Shown here one piece after another: positions 13,260 through 27,000 of a DNA stretch of 64,000 bases. How positions within the stretch are numbered: position 1 is the first letter of the stretch; every line of letters begins with the position of its first letter. This stretch comes from Anolis carolinensis. Lineage: Eukaryota. Location: contig NC_085842.1 in assembly GCF_035594765.1 (NCBI RefSeq), positions 87,582,782 to 87,646,781 on the forward strand, given 5' to 3'. The notes below the pieces were generated by a model. It was not told the DNA's origin. It saw nothing but the letters and a program-made list of their open reading frames with translations, and did no database searches. The position numbers and the translations under genes are program-made.

Positions 13260-13772
13260 TGTGACAGAAGCTGAGATGTTTGAAAGAACAACAACCCGTT
13301 TATTCAGGCACAAAGCTTAATGGTTACAATAACTTTCTCTTTAGAGGCACTTTAGTTAACAGTTGCAAAGCTAGAATGAGGGGTTTCAAATTCCTTAAAA
13401 TGTCAATTCATTCTCTACTGCTCTAAACTGCAGTCACCCTGTGAATTACAATCACAGATTATCTGTTCCTTATCAGGAGACAGACTACCTTAAAATAAGT
13501 CACCAAGCTTATTTTAAACTGACTCAAAAATAAGCAATTGAGTCTCCCTGATTCCTTCAAGTGAGGATCAGTCTTCACTGTACCTCATCAGGGCACAGAC
13601 TAACTGCTTCTTTTTTTAAACCTGCACTTCTCCACAAAACCGGCAGTTGGCTCCACCCACTTCTCCATGGCAACCAACTCTTGAGTGCAGAGATGCAATA
13701 ACTGAAATATTGACCCTTTTAAAACACAATTAAACATGACATCTGTAAACCAAAAAATTCACACTTTATTAC
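13260..13772 (-). mobile_element. Possible LTR
   Basis: TG..CA termini; minus-strand AATAAA near ~13300; purine tract GGTGGGAGAG just before the minus-strand TG. No TSD seen. Confidence 0.4.
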
Positions 13773-16221
13773 ACTCTCCCACCGGAACCTGTAGCGTAAT
13801 GTCTTTTTATTTCAGTGGATTTTCCTCCACTCACATGGAAAACCATCTGAACATTAGGGACTTCCCAGAGAGGGAGGGGTCAGAGAACAGGGAGTAACTT
13901 CTATTCTGCATAGAACTCACCTACTCTTCTAATACATCTCCAAGATTATAGACAAGATTAAAATCTAATTTTTGAATGTTGTTCTTCTGACATTTGAACT
14001 GATGTAAAGTAGCCTTCTTCTGACATTTGAATTAATTTAAAACAGCTATGAGTTTGTATAGGTTTGTGTGGCAGCCCCCAACTACATTTTTGGGAGATGC
14101 GGAGAAAACAGGACAAAAAGGTGTTGTGCAATCCATTTTTTTATCCATTCACATTTTTATATTCTGAACAGTGAGTCTAACAAATAGTAAACTCATACTT
14201 GGTTCTGTGAAACACCAGATAAAGGACAGAAGAAAAGAATTAAATTAGCTATGTTATGCTGCAAATACACATATGAAGCTATGACGGCATTCTGCAATGT
14301 ATTTGAAAAATGCTATATCTATCGGCTGTTGTGTGCCTTCAAATTGTTCTGGAACTTTGCCAACACTGTCACAGGATTTTCTTGACAAGAATAAGACTTG
14401 ATTTATGTCCCACCCTAGCTCCCTGAGGGGACTCAGGATGGTTAACAACAAATATCGGCAGACATTTAATGCTGCAAAAAATAGACCAGGACAAAATAAT
14501 CCAACTCACCCAGACCCAAAACAGAGGTTTGCTCTTGTCTATAACTGCATCTATATCTATAGTATCTATGTTTGTATTTGTTAATAAACTTATCAATTTT
14601 TCCTATAAACAATAAATAACAAAAGGAATCTGCCTGGATCTATTTTTAATGTTTCTACAACTTTAGACCTAGTTCTTTGTCCATCCTCCTCCTTGTACTA
14701 TATTGTAATCTGTGTCAGTTCTGGTGTGTTTAAAATTAGGTCAGAAGGGTTTCTAGCAGATAAAGGCGAACTAGTATGAAGCACAAATTTCAGTTTTGAG
14801 GAGCTTGATGAAAGAGCAGAAAACACCAATTTCCTAAATATTCATTTGAGTATCAGATCTGTTGAATAGTCTTATCCAGGAATTGTTATGGAGAGAAGAA
14901 TCTCCTGTATCTGACAACAGAAAAGCCTTGAGAAAGTCCCATTTCAAATGATAGCACAGATTTTTGTAGCTAAGAGAGAGCTTTTTAAATGCCTCCCATA
15001 GAATTGCTAATAAGACAGCCTACTAGTAACAAATGTGTTGTCTTATTATAAATAGAGATGGTTTGCTGGGATACCGATAGAGACTAACACTTGTTAGACA
15101 GGGAAGGTGAAGTCCTAGGATGGACATGTTCTTGAGGCCATCGATATGGTAGAGCTGATACAGACATACAAATCAAAAAGGAAAAAATATGCCAGATTGT
15201 CTACCAGAAGTGGGCAGGTATGTTCCAGTAGCTGCAAGAACCATAGATTCAAACTGGTGAAAGAAGAAACATTACCCACTAACACAAGAAGTCACTAGAA
15301 CTGCGAGGGCTTATTGTCCATCACTTGAAGTGACAAGGAGCCACTTGGGGTTAGACCAGGCATGGGCAAACTTTTTTGCCTTGGGGCCGCATTGTGGGCC
15401 CAACTGAGACGGCCAGGTTGGAAGGGAGAGGGCCTGTGACAGGGTGGGGCCAGGCAGGGAAGGGGCAGGGCCTGGGTCATCCTCAGGTTGTCCTGGTATG
15501 AGGATGGGCGATACTTGCCCCATCTTTATGCCAGGAGGAAAATGAGACATGTGGCAACTGCCCCAATCCTCCTCCCCCGATCTTTGGACTGTGCTCTGGG
15601 CATTATGCCAGGAGGAGGGCGAGAGAGGGGACAGCTGAGAGTGCTCTAGAGGGCTTTTAGCTATTGCGCACCTTCCTCGAGCCATCCTCTCAGCATAAGG
15701 ATGGGGCTGCTCACACTGCCGGGAGAAGGGTGAGACATGCTGTGGCTGAGAGCCCTCCAGAGGGCGCTTGCCTCAGGCCCTCCTAATTTTGCCTGTCTGC
15801 CCAGAAAGAACAAGAGAGGAAGGCATGCAGCAGCTGAGAGCCCTCCGGAGTGGAGTGCTCTCAGTCACAGCATGTCTAACCCAGGCATGGGCAAACTAAG
15901 GCATGCTTTCCTCTCTTGTCCTTTCTGCATAAGGATGTGGCGGACCATCGTGTCCTTATGCTGAGAGGACAGGAAAAATTAGGAGGGCCTGAGTTAGACA
16001 CTCTAAACCTGTAGTGAAAGATCAGCCACCATCTGCATTCTGGATTTTGATTTTTGGTAGTCTTGATGGCAGCTATGATTTTATTTTTTTAACTAGTAAC
16101 TTTTGCCCTTCCCCAGGCAAGCACCTCTTTGCTGTGGAAGCTGATGACAGTCAGACTATTTCTATTAAATAAGGGGGAAAGTCCTCAAGGTGTGTTGTTC
16201 TAGGCCCAAAAAATGCTATTA

Positions 16222-16632
16222 CCATGTTTCCCCGAAAATAAGACAGTGTCTTATATTAATTTTTGCTCCCAAAGATGTGCTAGGTCTTATTTTAAGGGGA
16301 TGTCTTATTTTTCCATGAAGAAGAATTCACATTTATTGTCGAACAAAAAAATGATCATTTATTATATACTGTACAGTAGTTGTCATCACAAACCAGCATA
16401 ACCAGACAAATTGTGAATCCTATCAAGAATTTCTTATTACTACCATTATTTCCATGTATATGGTACATACATTTATCGATCCTGCATGCTCTGGTGTTCT
16501 GTTCGATGGGCATGCTTCCAAACAAAAACTTTGCTAGGTCTTACTTTTGGGGGAGGCCTTATATTTAGCAATTCATCAAAACCTCAACTAGGTCTTATTT
16601 TCTGGGGATGTCTTATTTTAGGGGAAACAGGG
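16222..16632. mobile_element. Tc1/mariner-superfamily MITE
   Basis: TIR CC.TGTTTCCCC.AAAATAAGAC with TA on both flanks. Confidence 0.8.
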
Positions 16633-16973
16633 TATGATGTTGAAATGAAGTGTGCTTATCACCTCCAGGGGAATGTGATTCTTTGCAAAGAATAAGCCCA
16701 TTAACCTTTCTGTAGCTACCTGAAACTAGTTAATATTCCTGTCATTCTAGTACTTGAGGCATTTTGACCAGTAGTTATTTGTCATCCTGTCTTCTCACTA
16801 TTTTATGACATGCAATCCTGTACGGTTTGATGTGCCAAAGGGTAGGTCAGTAGGCTTTCTGGGTAAATAAGGGAAAACAAGCACTAATCTTTAGTCTTGA
16901 TGAGCTTGATGAAAGCGCAAAAAATAGAAATTCTTGTAATTAAGAATTACGATAGCATGAAATATGTCAAGTA

Positions 16974-17296
16974 CAGTAGAGTCTCACTAATCCAAGCCTC
17001 GCTTATCCAAGCCTCTGGATAATCCAAGCCATTTTTGTAGTCAATGTTTTCAATATATCGTGATATTTTGGTGCTAAATTCGTAAATACAGTAATTACAA
17101 CATAACATTACTGCGTATTGAACTACTTTTTCTGTCAAATTTGTCGTATAACATGAAGTTTTGGTGCTTCATTTGTAAAATCATAACCTAATTTGATGTT
17201 TAATAGTCTTTTCCTTAATCTCTCCTTATTATCCAAGATATTTGCTTATCCAAGCTTCTGCCGGCCCGTTTAGCTTGGATAAGTGAGACTCTACTG
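16974..17296. mobile_element. Tc1/mariner MITE (CAGTAGAGTCTCAC family)
   Basis: TIRs plus TA TSD; same family as 1750-2090. Confidence 0.85.
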
Positions 17297-17859
17297 TAGC
17301 CCTAACCAGACATTTGTTAGGAAGTTGAGTACCAATTGTAAACCTCTCTGTTATATATCTTGAGTGCTGCCTGATTGCCTTTTGTTTTACTTTAGTCTCT
17401 AAGTGCATACAGTCTGATGGATAAGTCCCAGATTTTATTCTTGTTTTTGTTCATAGTGGTTAAAATAAGCCAACCTGGGGAGCAGTATAAAATTTCTGGT
17501 TGTACCAGGTGCTGACAGAATATATTCTGGGTGGAACAAAACATATTGAGATCTTTTCAATCTGTTTGAATGCATCCTCAGAAGGAAATTCAAACAACTC
17601 AGCATTCTCCCCCCCCCCCCCTTGCAAATAGCTAAAGGGGACTGGTTCTTTACTGAATTAGTCTCCATCCTTCCCAAAAGGATGTTAATACCCCAGGGCA
17701 CTACTCTGTAACAAAAAGAGGGGCTGTTTATCTTGCTCTGCATCAGAAGATCTCGGGATACAATAAAACCTACACAATACATTTAAAATCATGTAAACAA
17801 TACATCAATTTTGTAAAGTTGAAAGTTTCTTAATTCTTAAGTTAAATGAGGACTGATTT

Positions 17860-18152
17860 CACTAGGTAACACATTTTTTGTTCCTAATTGGGTCTTTAGT
17901 AAAAAAAAAACATGGAAAAAGTTTATTAAACTACAAAAACTTTGTTTTTGTGGGACATCCTGCAGCACATTTTGCTATAATTTTTCAATATACATCTGAT
18001 AGAGTCTCAACCAATTCAACGTAGTTTGTGGTAGCCACAAAAATGAAGTTTCTGGACGATAGAAACTACTTTCAAAGTAAGTAGCGCACAACAGGAAACA
18101 GGAAATAACACTTCCAAACTAGGAACAGAACATTTTTAAAATAGTTATAGTG
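17860..18152. mobile_element. Chapaev3-like MITE, compact copy
   Basis: CACTAGGTAAC..GTTATAGTG; reverse-complement match to the arms of 1628-3005. Confidence 0.6.
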
Positions 18153-18965
18153 TTATAATTAGAATAATTTTAAACAATTCTAAGGCATGCACATATGTGG
18201 ATCTGTATAAAACCAGTTGGGTCCCAAAGAGTTTTGGAAACAACCATGTTTTCATTTGGCACCAGAATGTCAGCAATGCAGGTGCCAATCAGGCCTCAGA
18301 GAAGAGGGTGTCCTGACATGTGGGTGCCGCAGGGCTGCCCTTCCCTGAGTCCTCCAACAGCATGTTGCCCCGAGTGATGGGACATGGGAGTTAACGCCAG
18401 CAGACCTCATATCCCTTGGGTAGACGTGTGACACTCCTTCAATGCTGTTTAGTTTTACATGCCATTACCAGAACCTTAAATTCAGAATGGAAACATCTTG
18501 ACAGCCAGCTGGACTGCAAGGATGTCCCTTCTTTCCAGTTTTATGTGCATTTCTGATGAGAAAACATGCCTTCTACTGATGGGATATTAAAAAGAGCACC
18601 TGTTCATAGTGGACATTGTCTCCTTAGTCATGCATGCCACCAGAAACCATTATTTCTAGGGTATTGGAAATATTACCAGAATTTGGTGCAGTTTCCAAGT
18701 TCACGATTAAAGACAAAGTTGTTCACATCTCTCACGCTAATTGAATCAGTCATTCACATTTGCTGTTCAATGGGGTTCCCATGATGACCAGAGTCTCTCC
18801 TCTCCATGGACTGTTTTTTTGGACTAGATCACACTACCATATATTCTCATGTAAAGGTTTAAAAGGGATGCCAAATCTTTCCCCAAATTCTGGATTGATT
18901 TGCACAGGCAGCCCTCAAGTTACAAACATCCAATTTACAAACCATTCCTAGTTAAAGAGGGAGGG

Positions 18966-19230
18966 TTTTTTTCGTGTCAGGAGCAACCAGAGTTGCTTCT
19001 GGGGTGAGAGAATTGGCCGTCTGCAAGGACGTTGCCCAGGGGACACTCAGATGTTTTGATGTTTTACCATCCTTGTGGGAGGCTTCTCTCATGTCCCCGC
19101 ATGGAGCTGGAGCTGATAGAGGGAGCTCATCCGCACTCTCCCCGGGTGGGATTCGAACCTGGCAGCCTTCAGGTCAGCAACCCAACCTTCAAGTCGCAAG
19201 GCTTTTATCCCCTTGGCCACCGGGAGCTCC
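18966..19230 (-). mobile_element. tRNA-derived SINE with 9-bp TSD
   Basis: AGAGGGAGG at 18956-18964 and 19232-19240; T-tract tail; GGTTCGAATCC B-box on the minus strand. Confidence 0.85.
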
Positions 19231-19258
19231 CAGAGGGAGGTGAGACAACAGGAAGCCA

Positions 19259-19398
19259 GGGCCCTTCCACACAGCTAAATAAAACCCCATATGACCTGCT
19301 TTGAACTGGAATGCGGACTCGGATAACCCAGTTCAAAGCAGGTATTGTGGGGTTTTCCGTCTTGATATTCTGGGTTGTATGGCTGTGTGGAAGGGCCC
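19259..19398. mobile_element. Palindromic MITE (GGGCCCTTCCACACAGC TIR, PIF/Harbinger-like)
   Basis: Clear terminal inverted repeats; relatives at 33203-33350, 34320-34466 and 57834-58386. Confidence 0.7.
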
Positions 19399-19659
19399 TG
19401 AGAGAAATCTACCCCTCAGAAGAGAAATTCACCCTTTTGCTGTCTGTTCAGATTTCACCTCATTTTCTCTCCTTAGGATATTTGGACTTTGAAAAACTTG
19501 GCTTGTTATGGAAACAAGGATTGGCGATAAAGCACCAGTGGAGACCCCTTTTCCCCATGATAAGCCTTTCAAGGGTGAATGTCCTTTCCTCTTGAAAAGT
19601 CATGCAAGCACATGGTTTGCGTGAGTTAGTGTTATGGACGCAAAGACTAACATTCCCAC

Positions 19660-19862
19660 GGTCAGAATTGGAACTGCGTTTGCCCTCCCTTGATCGTCGG
19701 GGGAAGAACCAATGACACCGCCGCTCCGTACTGGCTGGCCAGCAAGAAACGAGGCTTCGGCAAAGGGGGCGGGGTTATTTCTGGCCCCGCCCACACGATT
19801 GTCTCCCGAAGAACCAACCACGTTCTGGAAAGGATACCATTGATGTCTGGGTGTTGAGTAGC
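19660..19862 (+). promoter_or_regulatory. Small CpG-rich promoter of the C2-domain gene
   Basis: Local CpG cluster with CCAAT (~19710), GGGGCGGGG and CCCCGCCC boxes just upstream of the ATG at 19863; 4-codon uORF at 19843-19857. Confidence 0.6.
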
Positions 19863-22800
19863 ATGGAGAGGAAGGTTGACCAGGGGGTTACGAGATCCGT
19901 GTCAGCAGTCGGGTAAACAGCTGCCTGGAATCCAAGATGTATTGCCTACTAGCCTGCCTCAAGGAGAGCCACAACACCTCTTCCTCCAAGGACTTTTGGA
20001 TAGCAAAAATGGGCTACCCTTTCAATAATTTTAGTGGCTGCTTGCTGAATCTCGTAGTCGTGGTTCCCAACTTTTGGTTCTACAGCTGCTTTGGACTTCA
20101 GCTCCCAGAAGTCATGACAGTTGGCTAAGTTGGCTTGAAAGATCCCAGGTTGGGAACCATTGCAGAATTCAAGAAGTTTGACACCACTTTTATCTGACAT
20201 GGCTCAGTGCTCTAGTACAGGCATGGGCAAACTTCGGCCCTCCAGGTGTTTTGGACTTCAACTCCCACAATTCCTAACAGCCGGTAGGCTGTTAAGAATT
20301 GTGGAAGTTGGAGTTCAAAACACCCGGAGGGCCGAAGTTTGCCCATGCCTGCTCTAGTATCATGAGAGTTGTAGTTTGGTGAGGCACCAGCAGTCTTTGA
20401 GAGCGAAGGCTAAAGGGCTAGTAAAACTGCAACCCTCAGGGGTCCATAACTTGGAGCCATGACAATTAATGTGGTGTCAAACTACATTGATTCCACCATG
20501 TTGATGCGCCCTTAGTTGATTAGGAATCTGAATGCTGGTCTTTCGAAATCCAACATGACACTAATAATAACAATAATAATAATACTTTGTTTTGTCAAAG
20601 GCTTTCATGGCCAGTATCACTGGGCTGCTGTGAGTTTTCTGGGCTGTATGGCCATGTTCCAGAAGCATTCTCTCCTGACTGATGCCTGCCATAAATGTGG
20701 GGGAAATGTCAGTAGAGAATGCTTCTGGAACATGGCCATACAGCCCGGAAAACTTACAGCAACCAAATAATAATACTTTATTTATAGCCTGCCCTATCTC
20801 TCCTAGGGGACTAAGTGCAGCTTCCAACATAATAGAGGCAAGCAAACATTCAATGCCTGTATAGAACAAAGTAAAAATTAAAAATAAACAAAACAATACA
20901 TTACACATTAAAACATGTAATGTAAAGAATCATCAGTTAAATAATTAACATATAAGCCATTAAAAGCCAGCTAAGGTAGAACATAACATCAGTTTCCTTG
21001 AAACTAGAAGTTCAATGAAGTCACTGCAACTGCTCTTGAACTGGGTAAATATACTTCTGGCTCTACTTTTATTTCATATCAGTATGTTATTGAATCCAAC
21101 AGAACTGCTGATCATTGGGCCTGCTTCTGGGAGTTACAGCAATCCTACTGACAAATGTTGAAAATGTTCCTCTTGTTGTAATACCACTTCTATCTTGCTT
21201 GAATTCTGCTTTGGTTCATTCAGTGAACTCAGTCTATTTTCCATATTTTGACTGAACACAGAATCAAAAGTTCCCAACTTCTCATATAATGAACTACAGA
21301 GCTGTGCCATTCCTAATGTAGAACTCCAAATCTCCAGACAGTCTTACACAGTGGGGTAAGAATATCCAGTTGTTAGCGTATAATCTCCAGATCAGTTTTT
21401 GCTTTGTTTAGTAGTGTTTCAATTTCTGTTGAAACATTTGTTTTCTCTGAAAGCATATTTTATTCTTCTGATGGCATACACTAGCTCATGGTCTAAGGCT
21501 AATTTACTTTTTCAGGGCAATGAGAAGTTTGAAAGAAGGAAGACACAGGTGGTGTCTTTGCTGTAATAAGAGCTAATATTACCAAGGCTGTAGCCAAGGT
21601 TGGGGGGGGGGAGCGGGGTTAGGGGTTCAACCCCTTTCTGGAAATTTTTCAGGTTTTAAAAAAAATCTGGTTTACTCATGAATTTTAACTGGTTTACCAA
21701 ATCCCCATGAGTGTCCATGGAAGTTTATCGATGGAGCCTGATTTCTAAATTATTTTGCGTTATGGAACTACTGTCCATAATTCGCTAAAAAAAGTTTCAA
21801 CCCCCCCCCCCCCCCGAATTTTTTTTCTGGCTATGGCCCTGAACATTACTATAGGCTTTTGGAACTTAAGTTAAATAGTGACCATTTATGCACATTGGGT
21901 CTCCTTGACTTTGTTTTGTTACAAACATGTTAAAAGTGCATTGAAAATGCTAGCTGTTGGTCTTTCAGCCAATTTATGTCCGTACATAGCTGTTCCTCCT
22001 CTCCTACAAAATACTAGTCCAGCTGTCAGCTTCCATCACATGTTAGACATCAGCCACTCCCTCCTTTTCTCAACACAATAGTAATACTACCATTTGCTTG
22101 TCTTTGCAGGCCGGAAGAGGACTCTGAGAAGAGGCAGGCCTGGCACCCTACCCACCTGCGCCTGATCGTCATGCGGGCCTGCAACCTGCGCCCCAAGGGC
22201 ACCACTGGCACCAGCAACCCCTACGTTGTGATTCAGCTAGAGAAGCAAAAATTTCGAACCTCTGTGTTACACCACACCCTAAAACCCGAATGGCATGAGG
22301 AGTGTCTATTACAGCTGCCTGCTGTGCTGGATGATGCCGAAGAGCATGGCCTCGTTCTCACTGTCATGCACCAGTCCTTGCACCATTTCAACCAGTTCCT
22401 GGGCAGAGTCTTCTTGCCTCTTGCCCAGCTCTTTCAGGATAAAACGAAGAGGAAAAATGAGTAAGCATAGGCAACTAGCCCCATAGCAAGGCATTTGGGA
22501 GGACGCATCTTAGAAGTGAAGGCCCTGGGATTCCCTTGCTTTGGTAAAGTAGATCATGCCACAAGCAGCAAAACAGTAAATAGACAGGTGCATTGTTGTA
22601 CAATCCAGGGCCACAGCGGAAATATTACGCTTACATTGTAAGATCATCTAACAAAAGAAAACCATTTCTAAACAAAAGGCTAATATCAATGCAATTGTTC
22701 CCTTAAACATGGCAATCCTTTAAGGGATGGATAAACATGTCTACTTTGTGACAGGGACTAGAAAACTGGTAGGTATCAAAAGGAAAAGGCGTAAGTGGCC

Positions 22801-23109
22801 TAGTGAAAGCCAAGTGGAAGGCCTTTTTTAATCTTCTGACTTTGCAGATGAACCCCTCCCTTTTAGATGTCAAGCCTCATTCATTTCTTCTCTTGTTTTG
22901 CTATCCATGCAGGCATGCAAAACTATCACTAAACCAGCAAGAACTTAATCCTATTCTTTTCCAGCTCAAGCTTTATCACACTGCTGCAATCTCAACACTA
23001 AACTGTATTATATTGTGTATTGCTGGGCTTGGTCCCCATGTGAGCTGCCTTGAGTCCCTTCGGGGAGATGGGGCGGGATATAAGGATAAAGTTGTTGTTG
23101 TTGTTGTTG

Positions 23110-23155
<46 letters not shown>

Positions 23156-23949
23156 TTTATTATGACACAGCAAACAAAATAGATATGCTGGATTTCGTAT
23201 CACAAAATCACAAGTCGAACGCTTCCCAAAATTACAAGTCGAACTACATCACTGTGTGATGTATTTTCGGATGATGTGTGCAGATCCCAGTAGGGTGGCC
23301 TTTTGCAGTTGGCAGATTGTGATTTTGTCAATGTCTATTGTTTCCAAATGCCAGCTGAGATCTTTTGGCACGGCACCCAATGTGCCGATCACCACTGGGA
23401 CCACCTGTACTGGTTTCTGCCAGAGTCTTTGAAGTTCAAACTTGAGGTCCTGATAGCGGCTGAGTTTTTCCTGTTGTTTTTCGTCAATGTGACTGTCACC
23501 TGGGATGGCGACATCAATGATCCAAACCTTTTTCTTTTCCACAACTATGATGTCTGGTGTGTTGTGTTCCAGAACTTTGTCAGTCTGGATTCGGAAGTCC
23601 CATAGTATCTTTGCGTGCTCATTTTCCAATACTTTTGCAGGTTTGTGATCCCACCAGTTCTTTACTGCTGGCAGGTGGTACTTGAGGCATAAGTTCCAAT
23701 GAATCATTTGGGCCTCTGTTTGTAGTCTGTCTGTGCGATTTTCTTACAGCAGCTGAGGATATGATCAATGGTTTCGTCGGTTTCCTTGCACAATCTGCAT
23801 TTTGGGTCATCAGCTGATTTTTCAATCTTGGCCTTAATTGCATTTGTTCTGATGGCTTGCTCCTGGGCTGCAAGGATCAGGCCTTCTGTCTCCTTCTTCA
23901 GTGTCCCATTTGTGAGCCAGAGCCAGAGCCAGGTCGTCGTCGTCGTCTT

Positions 23950-24015
<66 letters not shown>

Positions 24016-27000
24016 GGACTTATCGTGTTGCAGTGCTTTCCAGACTCAAAGATCCAGGCACATCATTTTCATCATCTATATAGTAGAGAAGCACATGTCT
24101 CACATTAAGCCATTTATCAAAAAAGCAGAAAGCATACGAACTAAGCAGGTGACTGGTGAGCTCCAAGAGATAGTTCAGTGCTGAAAATCTTAGCAGATAT
24201 AATCAGAAATCTTGGGGAATGACAAAATAATTCTAAGCACAGTATGGTTACATAAATGGAAATTTGAAAATTCACCAACATTATGATATCAGAGGCTGAA
24301 ACAAACTCCTATAAATTTTAGCTGACAAAGCTAGTTATCAGAGGTTATGGACATTGTAGATGAGCAATACTGAGGTATGACAGAAAAGTAATGAGACTGA
24401 TTTTCTTTTAACCATGGATTTTCAAGGTTATCACTTTCAAAGCACTTCCTTTGGGCAGCTACACAGCAACCGAGGCATTATTTCTATTATTTGTATCAGT
24501 GCTGGAAGGCTTCTCTTGCAATGCATTTCAGCCCATTGATTATGCTATTCTGAATATTATCAAAAGTACCAAAATTGTGCGATTTCAGGTGGTTTTTGAG
24601 CTGGGGGAAAAAAACTCACAGAGACTGCTATCCGGTGAACAGAGGGGCTAGGGAACCACAGGATTTTTTTTCTGCCAAAAATTCACTGATAGAGACTGCC
24701 ATGTAACATGGACTGTTGTCATGGTGCAGCATCCAAATGCATGCAATGCCTTGTCTCACATGTGCCATTCTTTTCTTGAGCCTTCCCAATAAAAAGTTTG
24801 ATTGACACTTTGTCTTGGAGGCACAAATGTGTTGTGGACGATCCCGACAGTCAAAAAAACAAACAAATGAACATTGATTTGATTTTCAATTTGCTTGTTC
24901 TTGCTTTCTTGGAAGCAAGACGGTTTGCCACTCCGGACTTTGGTGTTTGGCTTCTGAGCCATACCTGAAAAATCCATGCTTCATTACTTGTGATCATGCG
25001 ACAGAATTCTAGCTCCCCTGTCAAAACAGTTCGGAAGATCAACACACACGTCCCTCTGACTGGCCTTCTGTTCCATCATGAGGTTTGTGGCAGGAGTTAG
25101 TCTTAACTTCCATGTAAAGGGGGAGGTAGTAGTGTTGTTGGTTCATACACAAGGTTGCTAGTTTCAATATTTTTCTGCCGCAGCTTATATATTAGTCAGA
25201 TTTTCTGGCTTTGCCATACACCTGCAAATATTTAGAAATATAGCATGATACTGTTAGGAAAATCAAAGAAAAGGATGAGTCAGACACTCACTGCATTATC
25301 TCTGCAGGTGGTTTGTGCTACAGTCTCGGCCTGGAAAGAAGGAGAAGTTAAGAGGAAAGCTGCAGCTTGACATCCAATTCTTACAAATCTCCTCACCAGC
25401 TAGTGAGACTGCTATCAGTTCTCATAGGCACGGGTCCCTCTTCAACAGATTCTGGGGAAGCAAGAAGGACAAACGGTATAAAGCGTACAAAGAAACTCCA
25501 TCTCAGTCAAGCAGCCTGGTATGTGTTGGGGGCAATTTTTTTTGTCCCACCAGGAGTATTCGGCAACTTCTAAGTCAATTTCCCCAAGGGGTCATTTAGA
25601 TCCATTTGGTTTTTCCTCTATTTATAATTTCATTAGAAAACCTATATTCATTGGAATATATAGTAATCTCTCCACTTTTGAGGTTTTGACTTTTGCAGAT
25701 ATAACTATTCACAGATTTGATTAAAATGTTATCCCTAGGAAATTCTAGGTCCTTCACTGTGACTCTATTATCAACCTCCTCCAGTCATGCCAGGAGACCT
25801 AGAGCTTTCTAGAGATAACACTTCTCTACAAATCATTTGGTCCTTCAATATGATTCTGTGGATAGCTTCCAACAGAAGTTGATCACAGATTTGTGCAGGA
25901 AAACCTAGAAATTTCTAGAGAACTGTTATCTCAGGTTTAAAAAAAAGCAATTTCTTTGCAGTTTTTCATTTTAATTGGGGTTTTGTGTCTCCGACTCCCT
26001 TGAATGTGGAGGGCTGGCTGTACATTCAATTTATGAATAGCTGTCTTCTGATTTCCATCATTCAAAACTGACTGAAAGTGTTGTTAATGTTGCTTGTAAA
26101 AACCCTCAATGGTTTAAATGAGTCAAATACATATGGATTTCAATGCTATGTCTACTCAAGAATTCCAGTGTTCAGATGCAATAGCATGGAGGAAAGCAGA
26201 TTGCTGAACAATGCATGTCCATACTCAATCTTTACAAACAGGAGTTTGGAAAGCAGTTTATATCCCCTTCATCCTTTGCTTCTATTATAAGACAATTTTC
26301 TAACGGACCCCAGAATATTAGGAATGACACAGTCTAGGCAATGTACTACTAATATTAACAGCTTTATAGAGTATCTACTTGTGAGTCCCCATGTTTGTGA
26401 TGAAACAGTGATTCACACTAAGAACTCATAATCCAATAGAAGCATCTTAGGCTCTAAGACTATTTGTTGACCACATCTGTTTCTCTTCTATCCAGGCAAA
26501 CGATGAGGATTCATCATCCTCCAGTGTGAACACAGAGCTGGAGGCCTCGGCAGGGAAGTCTGAACACAGATCTGGCAGCACCTTGCACATGGTAGCAGGT
26601 GACTCATTTAGGGACAGCACAAAGACTGTAAGCTTTACAGGAGGGTACTAGACTGGTCTCATGTCTAACTGGAGAGACTTGAAATTTTCCCTCTCCCTCT
26701 GCATTCACGCAGACTGTATCAGCTAGTTTAATAGCAGTGAGACAAAGATTGACTCCCATCCTTACCCTCAAAGTAGAAACCACTCCATGTAATTAACCTT
26801 TAGCACAGGATTGGGGAATAGGAGCTCCCTGTGACACAGTGGGTGAAACCACTGAGTTGCCGAACTTGCTGACTTAAAGGTCGGTGGTTCGAATCTGGGG
26901 AGCAGAGTAAGCTCCCACTGTCAGCTCTACCTTCTGCCAATCTAGCAGTTTGAAAATGGCAGGAAGGTGATGGCGCTCCATGCAGTCATGCCGGCCACAT

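Noticed and set aside
13800-15290. Possible degraded L1-like LINE
   Set aside because: Only faint motif hints; too decayed to support without alignment.
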